Shown here: in pieces, positions 1 to 11,539 of the stretch | Layout: each line of letters opens with the position of its first letter | Numbering within the stretch: the stretch's first letter is position 1 | Origin: Nemertoderma westbladi | Lineage: Eukaryota; Animalia; Xenacoelomorpha | Assembly: GCA_032718475.1 (NCBI GenBank) | Contig: JAUCBJ010003073.1 | Location: forward strand, 1-34,336 | Length of the DNA stretch: 34,336 bases | Direction of reading: 5' to 3' | Notes under the pieces: generated by a model | The model's database searches: none | Seen by the model: only the letters and a program-made list of their open reading frames with translations | Told to the model about the DNA's origin: nothing | Made by a program: the position numbers and the translations under genes

Positions 1-6
1 AAAATA

Positions 7-1269
7 ATGCTGCGAACATGCGAATGGATTGTTTACAATTCTTGTGGCGCATTGCTCCTGTCTGCATGCGCGATTAGCTGTCTGGCCTGTATATATGGTT
101 ACCCAGGGAACGATTTTCTGCTACTAATCGTAAACGGGATGACTATTGTCCCAGGTATTCTAGCAGTTGCTATAGCAACGTGCTGTGGCATATTTAAGCA
201 ACAGAGGCTTTCGTTACTGTTACTTTTCGCAGCTGCTACCCTTCTGTTCGCATTATCATTTACTTTGACGTATTTCGTTGACTTGCAGCCGCTATTGGAC
301 AAACATTCAGCCAATCCGCACTTAGTTATTCAGCACACATCAGACCCTTCCGCACCATTTGGAACTATTAGTCTCAACATGACATTTTACGCGCTCTTAC
401 TAGGCAATGGTATTGGCACTGTAGCGGCTCTGGGCGGAACTCTGTTTTCCATAGGTAGCATTGTATCGAACAGAGATAAAAGGCGAATCGCCCATGAAAC
501 ACTAGATGGCGCCAACCGAGCCGTTTCATCCTGGGGAAAGCGGTTCGCTAGAAGTTATTCTTTTGAAACCGATTGTGGCGATGCCGAGTGCGACTGCAAC
601 AATAATATAAACCGCCGGTCAGAAAACTGCCGAATTTGTGGGAACTCCAGCAGAAAAAACGGCAGAGAGGAAAGTAATAACGGACGACAAAATATAACCC
701 TTAATGGTGGGGAACCCGAAACAGATCTATCTACGAACGTGACACCAGCCCCGGACAGTAGGATTGTACCACGTGTGTCGATTGTACCGGCACCGGAGCA
801 ACAAAGCTGTGAGCGGGGAGCGATGCATTCCACACCGAATCCCAACCGCCATGACAACCCATGGAAGAAGAGGTCTCCAGAAGTATCATTCCAGTCTGAG
901 GTTTTCCCCGATTATATCGACAAGTTGCACCGACTTCAGTGTCTCAACAGGCAGATTCGCATGTCTGACTCTGTCCGCTGTGCGGGTAGCCGTTCCACCA
1001 GACAGCATGAGTCGCGGTCGTTACGACTCAAGGGAGAGCGTTCTAGAACGAGAGAATTCCAGCGGTATGCTAGAATGCACTCAACAGGAATAGGGAGTGG
1101 TCTGGAGATATCTGAGAGTCGGTTGGATCACCATGGCGATGTAGGCCTATTGCAGACAAACGCGCCGGATAACTCACCTGTATTTTTGAGGTCATTCCAA
1201 GGGGATCGTTCCAACCAATCACCTAGCGCTCACCCAGACACAATAACGGTGAATTCATCCAGGTTGTAA
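7..1269 (+). CDS. Uncharacterised membrane protein: about 4 N-terminal hydrophobic helices plus a long polar, probably disordered C-terminal tail
   Basis: 420-codon ORF with ATG in A-rich context (aaaataATG), GC-richer than its AT-rich 3' flank. Hydrophobic runs at about aa 8-31, 37-63, 68-91 and 125-153, then an S/R/N/P-rich tail ending -SSRL. Upstream exons cannot be excluded at the window edge. Confidence 0.8.
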   Translation: MLRTCEWIVYNSCGALLLSACAISCLACIYGYPGNDFLLLIVNGMTIVPGILAVAIATCCGIFKQQRLSLLLLFAAATLLFALSFTLTYFVDLQPLLDKHSANPHLVIQHTSDPSAPFGTISLNMTFYALLLGNGIGTVAALGGTLFSIGSIVSNRDKRRIAHETLDGANRAVSSWGKRFARSYSFETDCGDAECDCNNNINRRSENCRICGNSSRKNGREESNNGRQNITLNGGEPETDLSTNVTPAPDSRIVPRVSIVPAPEQQSCERGAMHSTPNPNRHDNPWKKRSPEVSFQSEVFPDYIDKLHRLQCLNRQIRMSDSVRCAGSRSTRQHESRSLRLKGERSRTREFQRYARMHSTGIGSGLEISESRLDHHGDVGLLQTNAPDNSPVFLRSFQGDRSNQSPSAHPDTITVNSSRL

Positions 1270-2630
1270 TTATGAACACATCTGTAGTATTAGGATATAT
1301 TAATTTTCTGTTAAGATTGTTTTAGTTTAATTACGATTTCTTGCTGGAATGTTATGTACCTTTAACAATTATGTTTATTGTTGTATTTTACCGTAGATGA
1401 CCAGCAATAATTAATTGATGAGGTGCCAAGGACACCTTTTATGGTAATTTTATACTGGAAGATTTAGGATTGATTTATAAACCATTGATCATGTTTACTT
1501 TTATATTCATATATAATTATTCACTGTACTAGTACGTGTGTATGAAGTCTCCCTGACGTGTTTCACTATCTTAACAAATAATAATTGTGCTATTTATATT
1601 TCAAGGATTTATCTGAAGAAACTGTAGCATTCGTATTAGTAGTTAGTATGTGTTTACCCTTCTGTATTGCAATTATACCGTATGTATCACTTTGAGTAAT
1701 CTGAATATTCGATTTATTAATGTTGTTATATTTAATGTTATCGTGTTTAGTATTCTTATAATAATTAATAACTGAAAAAATGATACGATTAGGAACTTTT
1801 AGCCGCCAATGAAATAAATGGAAATGATTAAAAATGTGTTTATTAATATATATGAGTTGAAATTGTTTCTCATCAATTCTGATAGTAATATCAATCATAG
1901 AGGAAGAGGGATGAGTTTGTTAGCAACAAGGTCTTGGAAAGTAAAAAAATGTGTTTACTCATTAAATCATACCCATACATAAAACTAAAACACAAGAAAG
2001 CTCTCGTAAAAAACAACCGTGTACTTTTGTGGCCTTTTTGACAAGTTGTTGTTTTGGGAATGTGAACGTACCCAATACTGATTGGATAATTTATTATTTA
2101 TCCTACTTGTAATCTGATTCGAACCGGACCTCTGGAGTTTATTGTAAATCGTTGTCTAAAAATGTCAATTTCAATTGGGCAATAAAAACTGGGGCCAAAT
2201 CGGTCAATTATTGTTGTGGTTACATCCTCGGGTTTGTCCCCGGTTGGCACTTAAATAGCGGTAAATCCGCCTTATTGTCGCGGATTTACGACGTAATTGG
2301 TTGTAATTGGTTGATTCCTTTGAATGTTAAGTAACAACAAACATCCCCAAAGAAACATAACATTGGATTGGCCGAACTTTAGGCCTATACGTTGTACAGC
2401 GGGTGTGGGTTACTATTCGGACTATCAAGAAATTTGCATGAAATATATAATCCCAGAACTACAGTATATGAAAGTGAAATTGGATAATATATGACATATC
2501 CCAGCCACTTTTAATACATTTCTGTTCATTTTACACTACAATTTGTTCTAGATACCATATTATTTGATAGAGGTTCTTGCATCTTGATTACTTCGCCCCT
2601 GTTGTCCGGGTTTGTCCCTGTTTAAAGGCC

Positions 2631-3791
2631 TCAAATAACCAACCAATATGTATCATCTGACTCTCCTTTATGGATAGCCCATATCGCGTTATACACCGAT
2701 ATCAACTTATTCCAAGTAGAAACTAAAAAGAAAGTTAACGTCAACGCCAACAACCCAATAATAGTTGTGTAGCTGAGCATGGTGTAGGAGGACATGCACA
2801 ACGGTCTAGGAATAGGTAGATGTCTACCCAAGACATCGACGTCGTCATCTGTAGAGAAATAACCCGAACGGTAGAAATTATTGAGCAAAACCTCTTTCTC
2901 GGCGAATCTCTCACTAAACCACAGCGTGAATCCTTCTGTATCTTGTGGAATGTCTTGCAAATGAAATCGTCGGTAATGAATACTTACATCTTGACTTTCG
3001 CCAAAGCCTCCAACCATATCAACCTCCTTGAGGGGATTATAAACAGCGGCATACGCGATGGTCACATCTAGTAAGTACTTGGGAATCCTGTGTTCCGATA
3101 TGCGACCCAGACTGGCTATATCTCGATCTTTTATCAGATCGATTGTTGCCATAAGAGATGTAATGCTAGGGAGACTAGCTAATTCTAGAATCGGGTATAT
3201 GTTTTCTCTGCCGTATACGCGTCTGGTTTCACGTACATTGAATCGAAACTCCGGTTCCGAAAACAGAATAAACCACCGACGTTGCGGCTCGCTATGGAAG
3301 AAATAGTGGTAGAAATGGAATTGAATCTGGTCGTATACTCCGCGCATATTGGAAGTTAATAAAAGGTCACCGTGTAGCCAAGAAATGAATCCAAAATGAT
3401 GGTACATAAACCTACTCCACACGGCCCAGATGCACTGACCCAGTAGTCCGCCTTTGTCGCTCAACGCGGCCATTAAGACTGGAATATCGGCTGCGGATTG
3501 GTGGTTTAGCATCACGACGCAAGGTTCCTCCACCAACGGATTTAAATATTCCCCGTATTCCACCAGTCTATATTGGTTGGGAAATGATAAACCGAATAAT
3601 AAATAACCAGTGATGAAACACACCGCATGGTATAAGTAATCCATAACTCGCCAGTATATACATGGGCAAAATATCCGGACAACCTGCATAAAGCAAGCGA
3701 TTAGAGTGGCCGAGTACGCAACGAGTAGATTACAAATTATGAAAATTCCTGATCTAATAATACCAAGCGATATATTTTTTAGTCCTTCCAT
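2631..3791 (-). CDS. LPGAT1: LPGAT1-like lysophospholipid acyltransferase (PlsC family), paralog A, with degenerate motifs III/IV
   Basis: 386-aa uninterrupted ORF. Motif I NHQSAAD (HX4D), FGFISWLHGD, LLDVTIAY, HYRRF, and C-terminal WFSERFAEKEVLLNNFY typical of LPGAT1/Acyltransf_C. Collinear with the ORF at 16649..17782. Confidence 0.88.
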   Translation of the reverse strand: MEGLKNISLGIIRSGIFIICNLLVAYSATLIACFMQVVRIFCPCIYWRVMDYLYHAVCFITGYLLFGLSFPNQYRLVEYGEYLNPLVEEPCVVMLNHQSAADIPVLMAALSDKGGLLGQCIWAVWSRFMYHHFGFISWLHGDLLLTSNMRGVYDQIQFHFYHYFFHSEPQRRWFILFSEPEFRFNVRETRRVYGRENIYPILELASLPSITSLMATIDLIKDRDIASLGRISEHRIPKYLLDVTIAYAAVYNPLKEVDMVGGFGESQDVSIHYRRFHLQDIPQDTEGFTLWFSERFAEKEVLLNNFYRSGYFSTDDDVDVLGRHLPIPRPLCMSSYTMLSYTTIIGLLALTLTFFLVSTWNKLISVYNAIWAIHKGESDDTYWLVI

Positions 3792-4840
3792 GTCGTTTTA
3801 ATTAGTGTTTATACTTAAGTTCATACTGTAATTATTGTACTTACTGATTAACTATTAATTCAATTATGTAGAGGGTAATAGTGTGGCCTGGGGCACCATT
3901 TTATATTAAATAAAAATCACTAGTTTGTTACTTAAAAAAAAAATGTTCTAGAGCATATTATCTTTTCATTTAATATAAAAATAAAACGAAAAACTACAGT
4001 AGCTAATTTGCTAATTTTGGTACCGGTAATTTTTTATTCTATGTTATCTTTGTATCACATATTTAATAAAAATCACTAGCTACAATGAATATTATTGTAG
4101 TTGTTAGGAATTGTTTTTAACACAAATAAAATAAAAATCACCACAAAAAACAAATTCTTTTAAAATGCTCTAAAACAAAAAATATTTGTTCTAGAACATT
4201 ACTTTCTATAAAAATGAATAGACGATATGTTCTAGATTATTTAAAAAAAATAAGAAAAACTAGCTTTGATAACAACTTTTTTTATTCTATCACCTGCCGA
4301 ATTTAATGAAGATTTCATATCGGCAAGCAGTTTTCTCATATCTTTTCTCAAACTCAAGTTAGAGTATCACCAAAAACGTAAGAGCTAGTCTGATTTTTGA
4401 CAAGCCTTCGAGCTTCGATGCATGGGGGTGAACACATACTGGACCAGTACCGCTACCGCTACCGGTACTGGTCCATTATGCTTACACCCCCACCAAATTT
4501 TTTGTACTAGCTAGTTTTTGATAATTTCTTATTTTGATATGTTCTATAACTTATTAGCTATTTGTTTATAAAAAATAATGTTCTAGAACAAATATTTTTT
4601 ATTCTGGAACATATTAAAAAAACAGTTTGTATTAAGATCTTATAAGTTCGTTATATCAACAGTATTTAAGTTTTTTAAAGATAGTCTGCCAACATTATTT
4701 TAGAACATTGAAACTTATTCATTTTCAATTAGCTATATACAGGTATTCTTATACCTGTATATAGCTAATTTAAAATACTAATTAATGCTAATTGAAAGAG
4801 TATTATATACAGTACAGTATAATTTAAATTTATCGCAGTT

Positions 4841-5850
4841 ATGTCAATAGCAAATAAAAAGAAGTCCAATAATAGAGACTATCATAAACAGGATAGACCT
4901 CATAAGCACGATTTCAATATGTTTGAAATAACGGAATTCCTAAAAACGGAAGGGTGTGCCATATATATCATTTGCTCAATCAATGGGGCTGTTGCCTATA
5001 AATAGTGAAAAAAATAGCGATAACAATATTCGAAACTGCTGTAAAGCAGATTGTTTTGAATTGACATATCTTTCTGTTATAAATAAGGATGGTTTTCCGC
5101 GGTTGGTATTTAGATGTAGAGGGCGCGAGAAGCATTGCACTTCAGCTAGGAATAATACCTGGTTTTCAAGATCAAATATGCTTGTCAGACAGATATTGAT
5201 CATCGAATACCTATTCATAAATCAAATAAATTTCAAAAACCAGCACAGAATGCTTGGGGGCGTAATCGTTGAAGGTAAAATTACATTTGTTGATTGGCAT
5301 AATTTTACAAGAGAGTTGTTCGTGGTGGATCAAAATGAGGCGGAAATGATGGGTGGAGAGGGTGAGATCGTCCAAATAGACGAATCATATTTTGCAGGAA
5401 GAAGAAAGTATAAGTAAGATAGAAAGCTTCTTGGAGACAAAGTGGCTCAAGCATCAGAGAACTATGGGAATCAGGTATAATGGGGCCGTGGATATTCGGC
5501 CTGGTTTGGAAACGTCCAGACCAAAAGAACGACATACGTATGTATGTTTGTGTCTTGCGACGTAATGCAAAAACATTGAGACCAATACTCCAGGCAAATG
5601 TTAAGGGTGGCACTGAAATTCATTCCGATGAATGGGCTGCTTCCAGGATTGTGGTACTTCCGTAGACATAACCAACAAAAAACGTCCATGGAGAGCAGCA
5701 GATGGTAGTGGAAGGTATAAAGCATTTGATGGTTAATCATAGCAGAAAGGGAAGGGGACGCTTCGTAGATCGAAACACGTGTGCTAACACACAAAGGATT
5801 GAAGTAATGTGGCGTCACGTGGCGTGGCGTCTGAAGTTGATTGCTGAGCA
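4841..5850 (+). pseudogene. Merlin (IS1595/ISXO2-like) DDE transposase pseudogene
   Basis: Across frames: GGEGEIVQIDESYFAGRRKYK*, GPWIFGLV...VLRRNAKTLRPILQANVKGGTEIHSDEWAA, KHLMVNHS...FVDRNTCANTQRIEVMW. These are the IDES / SDxW / HxxVNHS / TQxIExxW signatures of ISXO2-like transposases, broken by stops and frameshifts. Confidence 0.9.
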
Positions 5851-5968
5851 TTATAAATGCTAGAACTTTACAGTAGGGATATTAAATATTAATGTGTCTA
5901 GTCATATTACTTGTAATTACTGAATAATATACGATACAATATTTCTATTGAAATCTATTTGTTAATAA

Positions 5969-6963
5969 TAGTCGAGTCAATTTAGCAAAAAACCCATAAG
6001 TATTTCGCAATCAATCCGAACCACACATTTTGAATTCTATATTACCTTATTAATGACCAAAAAAAAGTGTATAAAATTTTATTTTGCGGATCATATGTTT
6101 ATTCATGGAAGTTCTGCGTAAATTTGCATAACACAAGCCAAACAAAAGGAACAGTAGGGAAAAGTAAGTAGCAAATTGGTGATGTTCCAGAATAATTTAA
6201 GTAATTTCACAATAAGCTATGATTCAATGGGATATTAGTAATATTTACACTGGCGTGTTACACATTAATTGCTATATCTGGGAAACTAGAAGTTGCATCA
6301 GGTTTTTAAATATATCAAAAACTTCATGATATATTAAGGTAACTGTTGTAAAAAAATTATACAATTCCCCTGCAATGAAATTTCATAAATTCCAATAATG
6401 TTAACGAAGATTTTTCACATAATTAAATTGTGATTGCTCTATTGATTTTAGGTGTAATTTATTTATTTATTTTAGTTTGAAAACCACAATAGTTTATCAT
6501 ATAACGAGTACACTTTTTGGGGATAAAGGTTTTTGAGGTCGATATATCCGATGGGCGAGGTTACATCCACCCGTTTAGTAGAGAACTTGTGTAAATAAGA
6601 TCCTTATATTGTACCAGCAAAATTGGTATTAAAAATGGTTAAATTATTACACAAATTTCCGTTGCTCTGGAAACTAAATTGGTAACTATATAGAAGTGCA
6701 TACTTCAGTCAATCGATAGTCATTAGAGTAAAGTTTGTCTGTACCAAATTTGGAGAATATCCCATCAATAGACCCCTTGTTGCTATGTAAAATCCATGTT
6801 GCTAAGGAAAGAAACGGGAAATTGAAGGTGATCCGCATAATATATTATTATAGACTTTTTTGGGTGTATTAACAAGGTAATGTAGAATAAAAAAAAGTTG
6901 GTTTGGATGAATTGCGAATTTGTTATGGGTTGACCCCCTTTTTCGGCTAGATTGACTCGCCTA
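5969..6963. mobile_element. Non-autonomous TIR DNA transposon (MITE-like), probably Academ-type
   Basis: About 125-bp imperfect TIRs: left TAGTCGAGTCAATTTAGC...CCCATAA...TTCGCAAT...TGCGGATCA (5969-6093), right is the reverse complement at about 6828-6963 ending ...GATTGACTCGCCTA. TAA on both flanks (5966-5968, 6964-6966). TAG..CTA termini with a 3-bp TSD fit Academ; PIF/Harbinger is not excluded. Confidence 0.8.
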
Positions 6964-8382
6964 TAAATTAACATTTATAAATTAACAATTAAAATTTCAA
7001 AATATTAAAAAAAATTATTATATATTTATTTTATACCAACCATCCCATACATTTTAAGAACAAAGCAGGCTTTTGTCTAAAACATGTTCTAGAACAAAAA
7101 ATATGTGTACGCATACTGGACCAGTACCTTTTATAATTTACAAACAGTCCCTGTTCATAAATTAGTTCATTGTTATTGTTCATAGTTATTGTTCAACATA
7201 GAAAAATGGTATTATCTAAAATAGCTAAAATAGGCTTTTTTGTATTAGCTAGTTTTTCCTGTTTTTTTGTTAAAATGTGTTTTTAATCTGTGTTCTATAT
7301 CATCTTAGCTATACTTTGATGAAAAAAATAGTTAATTATTTAATTAATTAAATTATTATAAATTATTTGTTATGTGTAATAAATTATTTAATTATCTATA
7401 AACATTAATAGCTACTAATTTTCAGGCTAGCTAGTGATTTTGCAAGTGGCATTAGTATGGCCTGGGTACCAACTTTTTACCAAAATTTTACATGCCTACT
7501 ACTAGCTCTCGGGGCAAATACCACACCATGGTTTGCCATATTCCACAGGGTTGGTGTCGCAGTGGAGTCAGATATGAGGCCCATCACCCATACCTACTCT
7601 GGCACACATGACCCATCATTGGCTGTGCAGCTCATCTACTGGGTCATGCCCTGTACCCCTGCTGCCAGGTGCAGGTCGCACTCAGAGTGAAGTGCACTCA
7701 GAGTGGACATGAGAACACTGTACTCCTGACCAGCCATTGGTAGATCACCATCTGCCTGGCCAGGCCATTTACCCCTGCAGCCAAGTATATGGGTCCTTAT
7801 CCCAGAACGAAGGGGGTCCTAGTTACAGGACCAGATTTGCCCTAGTAAGAGGGTCTACGCAGCCACAGGTGGCACCTCCTTTATGCTGCATGGAAGTGGC
7901 AAGTTTTCTTGATCAATGACCTAGAATACCTGACCTGACAAAATTTACATGCCTAAATGGCTTTTATCATGAGTTTTTTTGTTCCAGAACCAATATTTGA
8001 CCTTCTGACATTGTGATGGTAGCTAGTTTTTTTGGATTTTTTACTAGCTAGTACTTTTCTATCTTGTAAAAAAAAAATTTGAAAATTTTTTTACTACTTA
8101 AACTTACATTACTGAGTCATGTGGTAGCTAGTATTTTTATACATTACAATAATATTATACTAGCTAGTGTTTTTTTTATTTGGGTTTTCATAAAAACACA
8201 CTAAAACTCACTAAAACATCTATTTTAGAATATCTTGATGCTATGGAAATTCCATTAATAAATTTTTTTCAATATTTTTCACATATTTAATTGCTAACAT
8301 TCTTGTTCCTGAACTTATCTGAATATCAACATACTCCTACTGTTTATAATATAATTTATATTAAATACGGTATATAATCTAT

Positions 8383-11300
8383 ATGTCTTAGGCTACTGAT
8401 GCCTGGACGACTCCACGACGAACCTGAGCGTTGTTGGGCACTCTTCCTGCCCACAGTGCCGCCGGGAAATTGCGGTAAACTCCGACGGGCGACTCCGTGT
8501 CCATGGACCACTCACAGGTAGGTGTCCAGGCTCGCGACATCCACCGGATATGTACTTCCTTCGTGCCTTCCTCTGCTACCTCCCACATCTACATCCCCAC
8601 CCACTACTTCTACCCTACTGACTACTCCTCTACCACCGGGCCCCCTGGCTTTTGACTAGACCACTCTTGGGGAGTGGGATGTCTTGGCGCGGCTGCGTAT
8701 CAGTAAACAACGGCAGCTGTGCCACGTCCCCAGGGTTGCGCGAACCAACTTCACTGACCTCCTCGCCGACATCCTCTGGGACTGGGAGGTAGCCACACGG
8801 CCCAAGGCGATCCCCAGGGGCGGCTAAAACTACTTACTGTTGGCCACCACTGCCTTGCTATGCCCAAACGAGGGGGTCTGCGCCACACTTGATCACTCGC
8901 AACCACAATCAAGTGGCCGCCTTCCGTGCCGACCCCTTCTCAGACTCCAACCCCCCCTCAAATAGCGGCTGGAGGCAGATGAAGAAGTGTGGCGATGCAG
9001 AGTGACTTTCAGTGGCTGAAGTCAAAAAGATCTAGGACTCCGACGTGAAGGGCGCCATCGCCATCTGGTTGGCGTCCTCGGTGGACTCACTGGTGCCCAA
9101 CACTCCGGAGACACTGGAAGCATTGCGGAAGAAACATCCTGCATGGCCTGATGACTGCCATCCCAACCCGCCTCCAATGGACCTCAGTGATACAGTCTCG
9201 CCTTGCTCCTCCAGCCCACACAGCAAGGGCACTTTCCTCCTTCCCGAACCCACCCGGTAGTGTATATTGAAACTCGACTTCAGCAACGCCTTTAACTCCA
9301 TCCAGCGGGATTCAATGCTTGATACAGTGAACCACCGTTACCCCAGCATGTAGAAAGCCACGCTGGCGGCATACGGAACGCCTAGCTTGACCATGGGGAG
9401 GATACTCCTCTCTGAGGAAGGAGTTCAGCAAGGTGATATGGATGGAAATCGGCTTTTCGGCGACATGGTGAATTTGTTCATCCAGTCATTGCAGTCGAGG
9501 TTTAACGTCTGGTACCCGGGCGACGGGAATCTCTCTGACAACTACCGGATGGTATTGGACGACCTCTGGTCCGTCATCCTTGAGGGAGTTCGTTGTGGAC
9601 TCCAGATCAACCCTTCCAAGTCGGAACTCTTCTTTCATGGGGAGGAATCTCTGGAGTCCCGTTTATCCCTCCTACGCGGCTTCGACGAGGTCTGTGAGAG
9701 AATTAAGGTACGTCCACTAGAAGACCTGAAGATCCTGGGCGCACCAATTGTAGACAACACCATCTTCTCCTGCCTCTATAATTAACTCGTGGACCTCCGG
9801 ACTCTCGTCTCTCAACTCCCTCTCCTTGACTCCCATCACGCCTTCTTCCTCCTGTGGTGTTAACTCACCACCCCACGACTAACGTACTTCCTCCTCGCGG
9901 GGGTCTTTGGATTGACCTCAGCCTTGCAGCTCGCACCTTCCTGGCTTGCGCAGCTGCCTGCTCTTGTCTCTCCTACTCCCTCTTTGAGTATCCAGTGGAT
10001 GCCCCTTATCCCTGCTACAATCGTGCCCCTGCTGTGTGGTCGATGACGATCCACAACTCGTCTGCTACGCCACCAACACCGCCTCGACGCCACCACCACC
10101 GTCTTCGATGCCGCCACCACCATCCATGACTCCAGCGCCACCATCCGCGACGTCAGCACCACTATCCGCGATGCCACCACCACCATCCTCGACACCACCA
10201 CCACCATCCGCGATGCCACCACCACCATCTGCGATGCCAACGCCACCATCCTCAATGCCACCACCACCACCCATGATGCCAGTGCCACAATCCACGATGC
10301 CACCACCACCATCCACGACACCACCACCACCATCCTCGATGCCACCGCACCACCACCCACGACATCACCTCCACTGTCTGCAATGCCACTGCCACCGTCC
10401 ATGATGCCACCACCACTGCCCATGACCCAAACACCACCATCCGTGATGCCACCTGTCCCCGCTGCCTTCCCGCTCGCAGCCACGAAACAGTGGGCCTTCC
10501 TGGCCCCTGTCCACGACGCCAGGCTAACAGCCCTGTGGGAGTCCCTCCCAACATCTGGGGGTGGCAAGGTTGAACTCCCTGGACCACCCCGCCGCAGGCT
10601 GCTGGCTTGATGCCATCCCCATCAGCTCTCTGGGACTGACGCTGATGGAGTCGCAGTTCTGGATCTCGGTCAGCACTTGTCTTGGGTGCAGGCTGACTGA
10701 GCCAAACAGCTGTGCCCGGTGTGGCAACAATGTTCTTTCGGATGGCCCCCATGGTCTATCCTGCTCAAGGAGCCTCGGCAGACTTCTGTGCCACTCAATG
10801 TTGAATGACATTGTGCGCCAGGTGCTCATCAGCTGTGGCGTCCCCGCTACGCTTGAGCCACTAGGGTTGGGTAGAGGGAAAGGGAAGCGAGTAGATGGCA
10901 TCACCCTGGTCACGTGAAGCCACGGGCGGTTCCTCATGTGGGACGCGATGGTGGTGGACCCACTGGCGCCCAGCTACCTCGCCCAGACGCTATCCGCTGG
11001 AGGCCACACTGCAGAGGAAGCAAAAACTCTAAAGATCAGCAAGTACCAGGAACTCATGGACTGGGGCTACCTCTTCCACCCAGTAGCCTACGAGACCTTG
11101 GGCCGCCCCGGCCCTGAAACATCCGAGTTCCTGAAGGAGATTGGGGCAAGACTCCACTCTGTTACCCAGGAGCCCCGATCTCACCGCTTCCTCCTGCAAA
11201 AGCTGGCTATCACCATCCTGGTCGGCATTGCGGCCTCCATCATGGGGACTGTGGGTGGACCCCTCACTCACTAACAACGAGGGACTTTACGAGGTGGTCC

Positions 11301-11460
11301 ATGGTCCCTAATACCCCACTCCCCCACCCCCACCGGACGGATCAGACTAACATACACCCCCTCCCCTCCCCAATGAAACAGACTAACTTACACACACCCC
11401 CCCCCCCTAGCTTTCTTATTTTGTTATTGAATTAATTAATTATCTAATATTTTGTTATTA
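8383..11460 (+). mobile_element. Decayed CRE-clade non-LTR retrotransposon (RT plus restriction-like endonuclease), internally deleted
   Basis: N-terminal CPQCRR...GRLRVHGP..GRCPGS Zn-finger, MPKRGG, TLEALRKKHP, LKLDFSNAFNSIQR, EEGVQQGD, WYPGDG (degenerate YLDD), LKILGAP, AGCWLDAIP..LG, CARCG..GPHGLSC..H, KRVDG, MWDA, KYQEL, PVAYETLG. Many stops and frameshifts; early RT subdomains are missing near 9200; C-rich 3' UTR. Ends are approximate. Confidence 0.9.
10065..10455 (+). repeat. 21-bp GC-rich minisatellite (ATGCCACCACCACCATCCGCG-like) inside the CRE ORF
   Basis: About 18 diverged 21-bp units reading MPPPPS(A/S/T) repeats, lying between the RT and RLE remnants. Confidence 0.85.
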
Positions 11461-11539
11461 AAGTAAATGACATTATTCACCGCGCATGGCCTCGGCTGGT
11501 GTTGCTTCTTCGCATCACGGCGCACTGGACGACTGGACG

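Larger units (their letters stand above)
3874..8200. repeat. AT-rich composite repeat region around the Merlin transposase, with dispersed direct and inverted (C)TAGCTAGTTTTT / GTTCTAGAACA motifs
   Basis: aaaaaatatttgttctagaacatt (about 4177-4200) is inverted at about 4577-4600. aataaaaatcactagcta..aatattattgt (about 4065-4098) is inverted and diverged at about 8146-8180. catactggaccagtacc occurs at 4435 and 7112. Boundaries are approximate. Confidence 0.5.

Noticed and set aside
1590-2334. Small ORFs in the AT-rich interval between the first two genes
   Set aside because: Low-complexity Ile/Asn/Lys-rich translations typical of non-coding AT-rich DNA.
9860-10752. Pro-, Val-, Gly- and Trp-rich ORFs resembling extensin or membrane proteins
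   Set aside because: Alternative-frame translations of the 21-bp minisatellite inside a dead CRE element.
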